Source: Candidatus Bathyarchaeia archaeon
GTDB taxonomy: Archaea; Thermoproteota; Bathyarchaeia; Bathyarchaeales; Bathycorpusculaceae
Direction: 5' to 3'
Length of the DNA stretch: 42,776 bases
NCBI GenBank assembly: GCA_037481775.1
Contig: JBBFKZ010000006.1
Span: 1 to 42,776 of the forward strand
Shown: one piece after another, positions 17,601-27,723 of the stretch
Position numbering within the stretch: the stretch's first letter is position 1
How the letters are laid out: the number at the start of each line of letters is the position of its first letter
Made by a program: the position numbers and the translations under genes
Notes under the pieces: generated by a model
Told to the model about the DNA's origin: nothing
The model's database searches: none
The model's input: only the letters and a program-made list of their open reading frames with translations

Positions 17601-18696
17601 CAATTCCCTTTATTGGGATTTTTGCTCTGCATCTGAGGTGAACTTTACGGCTGGCGACAGGGACATGTACTTTCAATTCCCTTTATTGGGATTTTTGCTC
17701 TGCATCGTTTGCCTCCTGTTTTCTTTGATCGTATATAATAACATCTTTCAATTCCCTTTATTGGGATTTTTGCTCTGCATCCCGTGTTGACAGGCAAAAT
17801 ATGACATGTATCCACTTCGACTTTCAATTCCCTTTATTGGGATTTTTGCTCTGCATCGGCTTAGGCGCAGTGGATCGCGAGACACGCACACAGCTCTTTC
17901 AATTCCCTTTATTGGGATTTTTGCTCTGCATCGGCGAAGTCTATATCGCCTTCCTGCCATCCGCCTTCTATTCTTTCAATTCCCTTTATTGGGATTTTTG
18001 CTCTGCATCGATCGGGAAAATTGGTGGTCGACTCGAATTGTTCGAGTACTTTCAATTCCCTTTATTGGGATTTTTGCTCTGCATCCTGCTGCTATCTGCA
18101 GCGTCAACAGCTTTAATGTACAAGTTTTCAATTCCCTTTATTGGGATTTTTGCTCTGCATCTTCGTCCCCGTTTGTCAATATGTACTCTACGTCCTAGAA
18201 TTTTTCAATTCCCTTTATTGGGATTTTTGCTCTGCATCAACCAGCCAAGCAGGAACATGCCTACAAACACAGGAAAGTTTTCAATTCCCTTTATTGGGAT
18301 TTTTGCTCTGCATCAGAAGCTCTTATGAGCGATTTTAAGGCGTCTCTTATGAATTTTCAATTCCCTTTATTGGGATTTTTGCTCTGCATCCCGACACCGT
18401 TAGCCTAACGGTGCAAGGCGAAAGCATTATTTTCAATTCCCTTTATTGGGATTTTTGCTCTGCATCGGGCTTGCTGAGTTCTAGTTTTTAAGTAAAAGTT
18501 TACTGGATTTTCAATTCCCTTTATTGGGATTTTTGCTCTGCATCCATTTTGAAAGAAACACGGAACCTGAAGTCGTTCATAGAATTTTCAATTCCCTTTA
18601 TTGGGATTTTTGCTCTGCATCCAAATAAGACAAGACGAGAAAACTAAACTAGTAATAATTTTTCAATTCCCTTTATTGGGATTTTTGCTCTGCATC
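17601..18696 (-). CRISPR. CRISPR array, 15 repeats (1 truncated trailer) and 14 spacers of ~36-41 nt
   Basis: 37-nt repeat GATGCAGAGCAAAAATCCCAATAAAGGGAATTGAAA(G/A) on the minus strand. The ATTGAAAN 3' end and the degenerate copy at 17601 place the leader on the right. Confidence 0.98.
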
Positions 18697-18831
18697 CGTG
18701 GGCATTTTTTGGCGGGTTTGCCATTTTAGGCTATATTTGAGTTTAGTTCTGGTATGTATTTTCGATTATTATCTGAGTGGAATTTGATTTATAAAGATAA
18801 TCGAAATTAGCCTTTTTATGGCTGAGTAGAA
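18697..18831 (-). promoter_or_regulatory. CRISPR leader, shared divergent promoter with csa1
   Basis: AT-rich 135 bp with TTTATAAA at 18788-18795, flanked by inverted repeat TTTCGATTAT/ATAATCGAAA. Confidence 0.7.
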
Positions 18832-19719
18832 TTGTACTTTCTATCGGATGTTGAGCATAAGTATCTGCTTTATCAGCTTTTGCCTACTGCTAGAGAAGTG
18901 GGTGTTAGCAAAGAACTGCGAGGTTGGAGTTGGCATCAGCCCCCATTAAAGCCCTATCATGACAATGTGAAGTTGCCCATGTACGCAGTAAGCTCAAGGT
19001 ACTGTCCCACGAACCGCGATGTTTACTTGCGTTATGTGGAGAAAATTTCACCTGTTCCAAGCGGTAAGGTGGCGCTTGGCAAAATTCTACACGGCGTGGT
19101 CAGCGACTGTTTAATGGCTTTTATTCAGCGTGGTAGCATGGATTTTGATGCTTGGTGGCAGACTATCCGCTGGTTTGAAATTCCTGAAAAGCCTGAAAAT
19201 TTGAGAGAGCCTTCTAGAAGGGTTTGGGAGTTTGTGCAGAAAATTTGTGAGGCACGGTTGGCTGATGTTTCCAGCAGACAACCTTACGCTTCAGAGCTTG
19301 ACCTTAGGGTTTCAGCTGTGCCTTTTCTGGTAGAGCATAAGATTTCAGGCGAACTGCTTGGTTTAAGCGGTATTCTCAGCTTGGATTGCTATGATTATTT
19401 AAAGGCGATAATGTTTGACTTGAAGGTCGCAAGCGAACCACAGGAATGGCATAGGCTTTCGCCTGTGGGTTATGCGCTTGTTTTCGAAAGCGTCCACGAA
19501 GTTCCAGTGGACATCTGCTGTAACGTATACCTTAATGTGGAAAATGGGAAGGTTCTGGTGCGTAAGGATTTGTTCTTCGCTAGCGACGAGTTGAGGCAAT
19601 GGTGGATAGAAGAAAGAGATAGAAAACTGGAGATTGTAGCTGAGGGAAAAGATCCGGGCAAGCCAGATCGTTCGCAATGCAAAGAGGACTGCATGTATTT
19701 CAAAGTATGCTATGAATAA
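18832..19719 (+). CDS. csa1: Type I-A Cas4-like protein Csa1
   Basis: ELRGWSW, YCPTNRDVYL, DLK nuclease motif, C-terminal CxxxCxxxxxC. Confidence 0.9.
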   Translation: MYFLSDVEHKYLLYQLLPTAREVGVSKELRGWSWHQPPLKPYHDNVKLPMYAVSSRYCPTNRDVYLRYVEKISPVPSGKVALGKILHGVVSDCLMAFIQRGSMDFDAWWQTIRWFEIPEKPENLREPSRRVWEFVQKICEARLADVSSRQPYASELDLRVSAVPFLVEHKISGELLGLSGILSLDCYDYLKAIMFDLKVASEPQEWHRLSPVGYALVFESVHEVPVDICCNVYLNVENGKVLVRKDLFFASDELRQWWIEERDRKLEIVAEGKDPGKPDRSQCKEDCMYFKVCYE

Positions 19720-19745
19720 CAACCATAAAAGTCAGTGGTGGTTTT

Positions 19746-20780
19746 ATGAAGATTTTCTTGGATGATTTTGGCATTTTCTTGGGCAGAAAAAGAAATCGCT
19801 TTATCGTGAAGAAAGAAGGCGAGGTAAAAGAAATTGTTGCTGATGATGTTGATTCTATAATTTGCTGCTCCTCTGGCGTCGCATTCTCAGCCAGTGCTTT
19901 AAATTTAGCTGTTCAAAATAACATTCAAGTTGTTTTTGCCCGTTACAGTGGTTGGCCCTACGCTTTTTTGATGCCAGCGTCAATGACCGGTTCAGTAAGG
20001 GCTCGAAGGGAACAATTCACCGCCTACAATGATGAAAGAGGCTTTATTTTAGCCAAAAAGTTCATAGCTGGAAAACTTGTAAACCAAGCGAATCTCTTGA
20101 AGCTTATGGCTAAAAACAGACGTCAGACCGACCCAGCACTTTCCGAAAGGCTTTATGAAGCTGGCAAAGCCATAGATGAAATATACACTAAAGTTGATAA
20201 AGAGCAAGGCTTCAAAATTGATGATAAACGCCAAGATTTGATGAATTTAGAGGCTGAAGCTGCACGTTTTTATTGGGATGCTATCCGGCAAGTATTGCCA
20301 ACGGAGCTAGGTTTCACAGGGCGAATAACAAGGGGAGCACGCGACCCTTTTAACGCTATGCTAAACTTTGGCTATCAAACAATTCTCTTTCCAGAGGTTT
20401 GGAAAGCCATTAGCTATGCTGGTTTAGACTTTTATGCGGGTTACTTACACGCTGACAGACCCGGCAAGCCCTCCCTAGTTTTAGATCTAATGGAAGAGTT
20501 TAGACAGCAAGTTGTAGATAGAACCCTTATCGGCTTAGTAACGAAGAACGTGATTAAACCTGATGAGATTATCGTTGCTGAAACTGCTGAAGAGGGCAGA
20601 GTATTAAACAAGGAAGTTGTTAAAACTTTGCTTGCAAGTTTTCAGGAGCGCTTGGATACAGAGGTCATGTTTGATGGACAACATGGACCCGTAAAAAGCT
20701 TTATTCACCATCAAGCTAGGCGTGTAGCACGCTTTCTACTACGTGAAGCAGATTATACCCCGTTTACCTTAGGTTGGTGA
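19746..20780 (+). CDS. cas1: CRISPR-associated endonuclease Cas1
   Basis: EAEAARFYW, DPFNAMLNFGY, GYLH, SLVLDLMEEFRQ. Confidence 0.97.
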   Translation: MKIFLDDFGIFLGRKRNRFIVKKEGEVKEIVADDVDSIICCSSGVAFSASALNLAVQNNIQVVFARYSGWPYAFLMPASMTGSVRARREQFTAYNDERGFILAKKFIAGKLVNQANLLKLMAKNRRQTDPALSERLYEAGKAIDEIYTKVDKEQGFKIDDKRQDLMNLEAEAARFYWDAIRQVLPTELGFTGRITRGARDPFNAMLNFGYQTILFPEVWKAISYAGLDFYAGYLHADRPGKPSLVLDLMEEFRQQVVDRTLIGLVTKNVIKPDEIIVAETAEEGRVLNKEVVKTLLASFQERLDTEVMFDGQHGPVKSFIHHQARRVARFLLREADYTPFTLGW

Positions 20781-20786
20781 TAGCAT

Positions 20787-21077
20787 ATGCGATACGTGGT
20801 TATTTATGATATTACGGACGACAACCTGCGGGCTTTGGTTGCTGAAACACTCAAAGACTATGGATTGCAGAGAATACAATACAGCGCATTCATCGGCGAT
20901 CTACGCCGCGACGAACTAAACAGCCTAATCGTGGACTTGAAAAACTTGATTAGGGATTTAAAAGAAAATGTCCAACTTTATCCGCTGTGTAATACGTGTT
21001 TTAAGGGCAGAAAGGAGGTGGGAAAACCCAAAAAGTATGAATTAAAAGAGGGAAAAGAGAAAATAGCCTACTTTTGA
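20787..21077 (+). CDS. cas2: CRISPR-associated endoribonuclease Cas2
   Basis: YVVIYDITDD, RIQYSAF. Confidence 0.97.
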   Translation: MRYVVIYDITDDNLRALVAETLKDYGLQRIQYSAFIGDLRRDELNSLIVDLKNLIRDLKENVQLYPLCNTCFKGRKEVGKPKKYELKEGKEKIAYF

Positions 21078-21131
21078 CGTGCCGCAATACTTATGTATGC
21101 GTTCGATATCATTTGTATACGGTGAAGTTGG

Positions 21132-21446
21132 TTGACTCTTAAACCTTTGGCTGTTAGGATTCCTGAAGAAATCGAGAAAGAAATTCAAGAGGTGATTGAG
21201 CGGGAAGGTTTGGATAAGGCTACAGCAGTGAGAACTCTCCTCGAATTAGGTATTGGAGAATGGCGCAAGCAAACAGCTTTGGAGTTGCTACGAGATGGAA
21301 AAGTGACGTTTGCTAAGGCTGCTGAAATAGCCAAGCTTTCACTTTGGGAATTCGCTGACATGGTAAAGCAACGCAATATCGAGTGGGTTAGGCATAGGCC
21401 GGAAGAAATCGATAAAGAGTTTAAGGAAGCAACTGGGCGGAGTTAG
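21132..21446 (+). CDS. UPF0175-like antitoxin/DNA-binding protein
   Basis: N-terminal RHH-like AVRIPEE; GKVTFAKAAEIAKLSLWEF; 1 nt before a PIN gene. Confidence 0.8.
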   Translation: MTLKPLAVRIPEEIEKEIQEVIEREGLDKATAVRTLLELGIGEWRKQTALELLRDGKVTFAKAAEIAKLSLWEFADMVKQRNIEWVRHRPEEIDKEFKEATGRS

Positions 21447-21447
21447 A

Positions 21448-21975
21448 GTGAAAAAGCTCGTTTTTAATGCTACTCCGCTAATCTACTTGACCAAGATAGG
21501 GCTAAGCAGGATTTTTGAGGAGTTGAAGGATGAGAAGTTAACCTCTCCAAGCGTTAAAAGAGAGGTGGTGAATGAAGGAAAACGTAAAGGTGTTGCAGAC
21601 GCCATAATTCTAGACAAGCTGTTTCTAAAAGGCGTGTTCAAGATTGTTGAACCTAAAGATAAGAATTTTCTAGAAAGTCTTTTGCAGACGAGGGGCCTTC
21701 ACGTGACTGACGCCGAGGTTCTAACAGTAGCTAAGGAACAGCGTGGAACAGCCATAATAGACGATGAAGTGGCGAGGAGAACAGCTAAAATTTATGGAAT
21801 ATCCTATGCAGGCACACCATACATCTTAGCAAAAGCAGTTTCTGAAGAAATTATTACAAAGGAAAAGGCTAAACAAGCCATAAACGAGATGGTTTATGCC
21901 GGTTGGAGATGCAGCATCGAAACCTACGCTAAAATCATGGAAACTATAGAAAAGCTTGGAAAAAGTAAGCGATGA
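21448..21975 (+). CDS. PIN-domain (DUF3368/VapC-like) ribonuclease toxin
   Basis: VFNATPLIYL, VKREV, LHVTDAEVL, IIDDEVAR, GTPYIL. Confidence 0.82.
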   Translation: MKKLVFNATPLIYLTKIGLSRIFEELKDEKLTSPSVKREVVNEGKRKGVADAIILDKLFLKGVFKIVEPKDKNFLESLLQTRGLHVTDAEVLTVAKEQRGTAIIDDEVARRTAKIYGISYAGTPYILAKAVSEEIITKEKAKQAINEMVYAGWRCSIETYAKIMETIEKLGKSKR

Positions 21976-22640
21976 GCGAGGTTAAACATGTGAGTGCCCA
22001 TCTAGGGGAGAGGCAGACCCTGCCTGTTTCAGATGTTGCTGAACCTTATGTTTCAGTAACCGACGTAAAACATTACATTTATTGTCCTAGGCTTGTGTAT
22101 TTTGATCGCGTTTTGCATGCCCAACCCGTTTTCGGCTCTCAACAGGAGGAAAGCCAAGAGCTACATGAGGAATATGTGCGCAAAGAACTCCGTCGCAAAG
22201 ACGCTGTTTACTATTCGCCGGAATTTGTCGGCGCCGAAAAATTGCTTTTTGTTCAGCTTGTTTCAGAAAAGCTTCAGCTTCAAGGCGTTGTGGACTGCGT
22301 AATCAAGACAGCTAAAGGCGAGTATATTCCAGTTGAGTATAAGAATATGAATTCTGATTGTGGAAAGGCGTATATGGATCATAAGTATCAGCTTGTGGCT
22401 TACGCTTTGCTTGTTGAAGAAAATTTTAGCTCTGTTGTTAAGCGAGGTTTTGTCAATTATATTCCAGAAAAGCTAATTTTGCAGTTTGAAATTACGCCGA
22501 CTATGAAAAGTTATGTGAAAAGGGTGATTGGACACATAAAGAGGATAATCAAAGAGGAAAGGCTGCCGCCCATAAGAGTAGCCCAAAACAAATGCCAAGG
22601 AGGATGCGGACACAAACAAATATGCCAAATTAACCTATAA
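21972..22640 (+). CDS. cas4: CRISPR-associated exonuclease Cas4
   Basis: YCPR, GVVD, PVEYK, QLVAYA, CxxxCxxxxxC. Confidence 0.93.
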   Translation: MSEVKHVSAHLGERQTLPVSDVAEPYVSVTDVKHYIYCPRLVYFDRVLHAQPVFGSQQEESQELHEEYVRKELRRKDAVYYSPEFVGAEKLLFVQLVSEKLQLQGVVDCVIKTAKGEYIPVEYKNMNSDCGKAYMDHKYQLVAYALLVEENFSSVVKRGFVNYIPEKLILQFEITPTMKSYVKRVIGHIKRIIKEERLPPIRVAQNKCQGGCGHKQICQINL

Positions 22641-22679
22641 CGTAAAACTTAAATTGATTAACAAGGTTAACAATCGCAT

Positions 22680-23006
22680 ATGTCAGAAGCAAGTTTTAGG
22701 AAAATTTTCGACTGGGCTTTTGCGGTAGGCAAAGACATCGTTAGCAAGTCTAAATGCGGGCATGAGAGAGGAAAGGATTACTTAAAGCGGCTGATTTTTG
22801 ATATTAGAGCTGAGGAAATGCCTGGTCGATTCTTAGATAAACTCTCCCAAAGACTTGGTGAATATAGAACGAACATCAATATACAAGCCCCTGTAAGTTT
22901 GCTCCCTGAAATTTTTCAGTCAAAGGAACGATGGAGTGGAGATAGTTTTTATTACTTAAAATCGGCGATTCTCTCTGGGTTACTAAATGCTTTAAGTAGT
23001 TACTGA
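22680..23006 (+). CDS. Probable Cascade small subunit (Csa5/Cas11-like)
   Basis: 108-aa helical protein directly upstream of cas7; the call is positional. Confidence 0.55.
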   Translation: MSEASFRKIFDWAFAVGKDIVSKSKCGHERGKDYLKRLIFDIRAEEMPGRFLDKLSQRLGEYRTNINIQAPVSLLPEIFQSKERWSGDSFYYLKSAILSGLLNALSSY

Positions 23007-23016
23007 GGTATGAAAG

Positions 23017-23973
23017 TTGAAAGTTGCCCAAATATCCATAATCGCAAAGGTTTCAGGTAATGTAAATGCAGATGAGGTAATAGGAACTCGGGTAACACTG
23101 AAGAAAATGTATTCTTCAAGTGGTGAGGTTTTACCTTTTGTCTCAGCAAGAGCGATAAAATACGCCATAAGACATGCTTTGAAGGACATGGGATTTGAGG
23201 TTGACCCTTTCATTGAAAATCCTGGGGCGGAGGAAACACTTAGATTAAGTGATACGGGTGATCCTGTAAAATTTATTGATAACGATTTGTTTGGATACAT
23301 GGTGACGCTTGGAAGAGGTAAGACTGCCAGAAGGAGACAAGGTCCAATTGCCCTTTCGTATCTTAAAGCGCTAAGAGATACTCCGGTAAAAGCTGAATTT
23401 GCTGCGCGATTTCCAAGACCATGGAGTAAAAAGGAGGAGGAAAACCCTGTTCCCTTTGAAGTAGAAGTGGCTGAGTTTATAGGAAAAGTCAATTGTGTAA
23501 TATACGAAAACATTGGGATATTTGATGAAAGCGAGCTGAAAGGTGAAGATGAATTAAAAAAGAAGCTCAGCCATAAAGAAGTTAACGGAAAATCAATTTT
23601 TATGCTGGATGAAGATACTAGGAAGAATAGGATTAAAGCCTTTTTACAGGTTTTCTTAACACCGTCCTACGTCTTACCACGAAGAACAAACTCACTAAAT
23701 ATGCCGGAATATCTAACAGCTCTCATAGCATTGTCAGCCAATGGACCATTACCAATTTTCCAGTATTTAACATTCGACTTCGATCAAAATTGTGTTTGCT
23801 TAGATAGTTTAAATAATCTATTATCAAGAGATGAAATTGCGAAAATTGGTGCGAGTTTCTTTTTAATTGACTATACAAACCGGTTGCACTTATCTAATCA
23901 AACGATTCTCAAAAAGCTATCAGTGTCAGAGGCTATTAATAAGATAGCCGACTTCTTTTGCGTGACAAAATAA
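23017..23973 (+). CDS. cas7: Cas7 (DevR/Csa2-like) backbone subunit
   Basis: NVNADE, LPFVSARAIKYAIR, DNDLFGYM, RRQGPI. Confidence 0.88.
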   Translation: MKVAQISIIAKVSGNVNADEVIGTRVTLKKMYSSSGEVLPFVSARAIKYAIRHALKDMGFEVDPFIENPGAEETLRLSDTGDPVKFIDNDLFGYMVTLGRGKTARRRQGPIALSYLKALRDTPVKAEFAARFPRPWSKKEEENPVPFEVEVAEFIGKVNCVIYENIGIFDESELKGEDELKKKLSHKEVNGKSIFMLDEDTRKNRIKAFLQVFLTPSYVLPRRTNSLNMPEYLTALIALSANGPLPIFQYLTFDFDQNCVCLDSLNNLLSRDEIAKIGASFFLIDYTNRLHLSNQTILKKLSVSEAINKIADFFCVTK

Positions 23974-24653
23974 TGAAGGCCGTCATAGTTAAAGTTTCTT
24001 TCTCTGAAGCTTTTTTTAAGGTTCACTACACAAAGGGGTTCAGGCTTACATATCCTATTCCATTACCAACATCCGTTGCTGGAATGTTTGGTGCTTTTTT
24101 AGGTGTGGAAAGGGAAAAAATCAGCGATCTTCAAAAATTTTTGTTTGGGGCAAAACTTGAGAAATATAACGGTTTCATAAATGAAAATGCAACTTTCAGA
24201 CAATACAAAAGCTATGGAGTGGAAATAGGCGTTGCGACATTAAACCTCATTAACAATCCAACATACCTAATTGCACTTGCAGGAGAAAAAGAAGAGGTAA
24301 TTAAAATACAAGATAAGATAAGAAAGGTTGTTGAATTTCTGCCTTACGGTGGGCAAAATGATTTCTTTGCAGAAGATTGGGCTGTTGTTGGAATAGATGA
24401 CGTCACAGAATCAGATGAAATTACAAATTACGCTCCTCGAGACTGGGTTGACCTAAGCATAAAAAGCAATCTAGAAGTTACATTACAAATCCTCCCAGTG
24501 ATGCATACACTATCAGATAATCCTAATTTTTACTTTATGACAAGAGGAAAAATAAAGTTGAACAGGAAAATACCCTGCACAAGTAGCGAAAAAATAGGTC
24601 TTTATAATCTAAATAACTTCAAAATGGAGAAGCATAATGGAAAAGTGGGTTAA
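23973..24653 (+). CDS. cas5: Cas5
   Basis: AFFKVHYTKGFRLTYPIPLPTSVAGMFGAFLG, PYGGQND; ATG overlaps the cas7 stop. Confidence 0.9.
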   Translation: MKAVIVKVSFSEAFFKVHYTKGFRLTYPIPLPTSVAGMFGAFLGVEREKISDLQKFLFGAKLEKYNGFINENATFRQYKSYGVEIGVATLNLINNPTYLIALAGEKEEVIKIQDKIRKVVEFLPYGGQNDFFAEDWAVVGIDDVTESDEITNYAPRDWVDLSIKSNLEVTLQILPVMHTLSDNPNFYFMTRGKIKLNRKIPCTSSEKIGLYNLNNFKMEKHNGKVG

Positions 24654-26748
24654 CCCAGCTTGTAAGCTAAGCCATGAAAATAAAACAATTTCCCAGCATA
24701 TTCAAGAAGTTCTGGCAATACTAGGCGAATACTTACAGTTTTATGGACTCAGAGAAAGATATTTTGAAATAGCAAAATTTCTTGCAGAGCATCATGATGC
24801 CGGAAAAATGCATGTCAATTGGAACTTTAACTCAAAAGAGGGGCATGCTCACCACTCACTAGAGTACATGTTGGAGAAAAAAATCGAATGCCATGAAAAA
24901 AATCTGGATCCCATTCTAAAGTTTTTAATTTTGAAGCATCATTCATCACTTTCTGATGTCATCGGAGAAAAAACAATAGAGTATTGTGGGAAAAAATATT
25001 CGATTAGAAATGTTTTTAATGTGCTTTTCAAGGATGAGATGAACTCTTCATTAAGCAAAATAGTCAATAACCAATTTAATTTGATAATTGATGTGGTCGA
25101 TGTTTTTGGGCTTTTCAAAATAGCCGACGTATGTTCAGCAAAAGGTAAAGCGGTGCGACTGAAACGTCCAGCGATCACAGAAGATTTTGTGAAGCGAATT
25201 GTCGCAAAAAAATTAGACGAAGTTAGGTGGAATGAGCAGAAAACTCTGGCTAGTCTGCCTAACATTTCAATGCTTAGAGCGTATACTGGTTGGGGAAAGA
25301 CCGACGTTTCATTACTATTTTTTAGAGACAAAAAGGTTTCGAAAGTTTTTTATCTTCTTCCTACAATAACCGCAATAAATAATTTTTTTAAAAAACTTCG
25401 CAAAGCATCTGATGAAGAAGTTGCAAAATACTTTTACTTTCTCGACACTGAATTGAAGGAAGATTATGAAAAACTCTCAAACTTATATTTTATAGAGAAC
25501 TTTACGGCACCTTATAACATAACTACCATAGATCAGTTTTTATTGGTTTTTCTTCAGGTCGGAAAATATTATACCAAACGTGTTATGTTCAGAGATTCCG
25601 GTCTAATAATAGACGAGGTTCATTTATTAAATCCTCTGATGCTCGATTTATTGACATTTTTTCTTAAAAAATATGCTATGACCTACAATTTCAAAATTCT
25701 TTTTATGTCAGCAACTTTTCCTAGTGCTTTAATTAAATATTTTTGTGAAAATTTTAAGGTAAATCGTTTTTTAGATTATTCTAAGGGTTATGAGGAAAAG
25801 CGGCGAGTAATGTGGGAATACATAAATGAGCAAATTGAAAATTCTGTAGAGAGCATTATCAGAGAAAGACAAAAGGGTAAAAAAGTTTTGGTTATAACCA
25901 ATACCGTAGAAGACGCAAATAATTTGGGCAAAAAATTTGAAAATGAAATCAAATTATCCTACGGCGAAGATTTCATAGTTTTTCATGCAAGAACCATGTA
26001 TAAAGATAGGAAAGAAAAAGAGAACTGGTTAAATAATAACCGGGAGAAACCGCACGTTGCTATTACAACACAAGTATGTGAAGTTTCATTAGATCTATCT
26101 TATGATGCCATGTTCACAGAGCTTGCTTCACTTCCAGCGCTTGTTCAAAGGTTCGGCAGAGTTAACAGGTATGGAGATAAAACCAAGGAAATAAATGTCT
26201 ATATCTTTAAGCCGCATGTTAAAAATCCACAAACTTATCCTTATTCTGAAAACGAACTAAAAATTTCTGAAGAGATCGTTAGAGAGCTTGAAGGCGAAAA
26301 CCTACGTAATGAAAAACAGTTGATAGAAAAAGCAGATTTATCGCTTGGTTATGAAGAATTATTAAATGAGATAACCCTTGCAAAAAGAAGCATCAACATG
26401 AAATACTGGGAGGAACTATTGAAATTTTTTTACTCTTTTGATGTGAAAGATGAAAAAATATCCCGAGCACTAAATTACAGAGAAGGTTTCACTACGCTGG
26501 TGATTCCACACCCGGACTGTATAGAGGAGCCAATGAGAAGTTATGTAGCTGAATTATTGCGAAAGGATTTTTCATGCAAAAGTTTCAATGAGAAAAGTAA
26601 GTTAATAGCAGAATTAAAAGAATTGGCTGTCCCTATTCCATTTTGGTGGTTAAGAAATGCAAAACTTGAAGAAAGCATTTTTCCTATAGCTTACTTAAAG
26701 GACATAATTTATAACTCTAAATACGGATTTCATAAGCGAGGTATATGA
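24637..26748 (+). CDS. cas3: Cas3, fused HD nuclease + SF2 helicase
   Basis: HHDAGK, HH motifs, AYTGWGKT, DEVH, MSAT, QRFGRVNR. Confidence 0.95.
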   Translation: MEKWVNPACKLSHENKTISQHIQEVLAILGEYLQFYGLRERYFEIAKFLAEHHDAGKMHVNWNFNSKEGHAHHSLEYMLEKKIECHEKNLDPILKFLILKHHSSLSDVIGEKTIEYCGKKYSIRNVFNVLFKDEMNSSLSKIVNNQFNLIIDVVDVFGLFKIADVCSAKGKAVRLKRPAITEDFVKRIVAKKLDEVRWNEQKTLASLPNISMLRAYTGWGKTDVSLLFFRDKKVSKVFYLLPTITAINNFFKKLRKASDEEVAKYFYFLDTELKEDYEKLSNLYFIENFTAPYNITTIDQFLLVFLQVGKYYTKRVMFRDSGLIIDEVHLLNPLMLDLLTFFLKKYAMTYNFKILFMSATFPSALIKYFCENFKVNRFLDYSKGYEEKRRVMWEYINEQIENSVESIIRERQKGKKVLVITNTVEDANNLGKKFENEIKLSYGEDFIVFHARTMYKDRKEKENWLNNNREKPHVAITTQVCEVSLDLSYDAMFTELASLPALVQRFGRVNRYGDKTKEINVYIFKPHVKNPQTYPYSENELKISEEIVRELEGENLRNEKQLIEKADLSLGYEELLNEITLAKRSINMKYWEELLKFFYSFDVKDEKISRALNYREGFTTLVIPHPDCIEEPMRSYVAELLRKDFSCKSFNEKSKLIAELKELAVPIPFWWLRNAKLEESIFPIAYLKDIIYNSKYGFHKRGI

Positions 26749-26751
26749 AAT

Positions 26752-27723
26752 ATGAGTTACAAAGAAATGCTTTTCAAATTTTTGGAAAACGACATAAGCG
26801 CACAATACTGCTTACCTATCGTAAAAAAACTGTTGCAAGCTAACTTTCGTGGCGGTAACTTTGTTATAACGGCCGGTAATGAAAAATTGGTTGTCGCGCC
26901 TAATGAAATAAAGACAAAGATCCAAACAGTTCTTGATTTTATTGTAAAGAAGGCTTTATTAGAAGGTTATAATGTGCTGGTTACTCCTTGCATTATCAGC
27001 AAGGAGCAGGCCCCAAATTTTTATTTGGAAGATGAGGTTCCAAAATCGGAAGAATTATGGAGGTTTCTTTACCTTTTATTAACCGGAGTGCACGGTTTTG
27101 ATCACGTCTTAAATATTGAAAATGCCCCAGCGAAGGTGACTGAGAGTTTCAAAGAATGGTTGATAAATAAAAACTATTTGGTAATAAGCGCTGAACGTTC
27201 TGGGTTAAATGTCAAGAAATTGCTTTCAAGCTTGAATGTACCTAGAGGATTGACATTAGAAGAATTTATAATGAGTTTCATATTTCTTTCATATTTTGCT
27301 AAATTCTGGAAAGACATGCAAGAAAGAATCGAAATCGCTGGGAATGTTGGGAAGCTGCTTTCAGAGATACCTGATGACGCTTCACTAGTTGTTTTTGTAC
27401 TTTCCCGACAAAAGAAAAGAATGTATGTTTTTTCCAGACTAAAAGAGATTATAACGAAATATTACGGCGACTTCTTTATAAGCGATGACCAAATCCCGAG
27501 CATTTGTAGATTCATTTTTTCATTATACATAAGCGATGCGAATTACAGAGAGATATGTGTAGGGATATTGAACAAATTACTGTATTATTTGCTTCAAGGG
27601 CATATAAATGGCGAACTCCTTTCAAGAGCCGTAGAGCTCAAAACAAATTATGAGCTTAGAAAGAAAGAGCGCAAAATTTTCGGTTTACACAATGCACAGC
27701 AATTCCTAACAAAACTTGGATAG
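26752..27723 (+). CDS. Probable Cas8a-like large subunit (short, divergent)
   Basis: Last gene of the effector operon, 3 nt after cas3; no other Cas8 candidate in the locus; no motif recognised. Confidence 0.5.
   Translation: MSYKEMLFKFLENDISAQYCLPIVKKLLQANFRGGNFVITAGNEKLVVAPNEIKTKIQTVLDFIVKKALLEGYNVLVTPCIISKEQAPNFYLEDEVPKSEELWRFLYLLLTGVHGFDHVLNIENAPAKVTESFKEWLINKNYLVISAERSGLNVKKLLSSLNVPRGLTLEEFIMSFIFLSYFAKFWKDMQERIEIAGNVGKLLSEIPDDASLVVFVLSRQKKRMYVFSRLKEIITKYYGDFFISDDQIPSICRFIFSLYISDANYREICVGILNKLLYYLLQGHINGELLSRAVELKTNYELRKKERKIFGLHNAQQFLTKLG

Noticed and set aside
17645-18338. Repetitive ORFs (FQFPLLGFLLCI, CRAKIPIKGIE)
   Set aside because: Translations of CRISPR repeats.
17634-18660. Self-targeting spacers
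   Set aside because: No match to this window noticed by eye; a proper alignment is needed, so this is not excluded.
7144-20780. Casposon or CRISPR-associated transposon interpretation
   Set aside because: Cas1 is in a normal cas1-cas2-cas4 operon, Cas3 is intact, and there is no PolB, TnsABC/TniQ or terminal inverted repeat.
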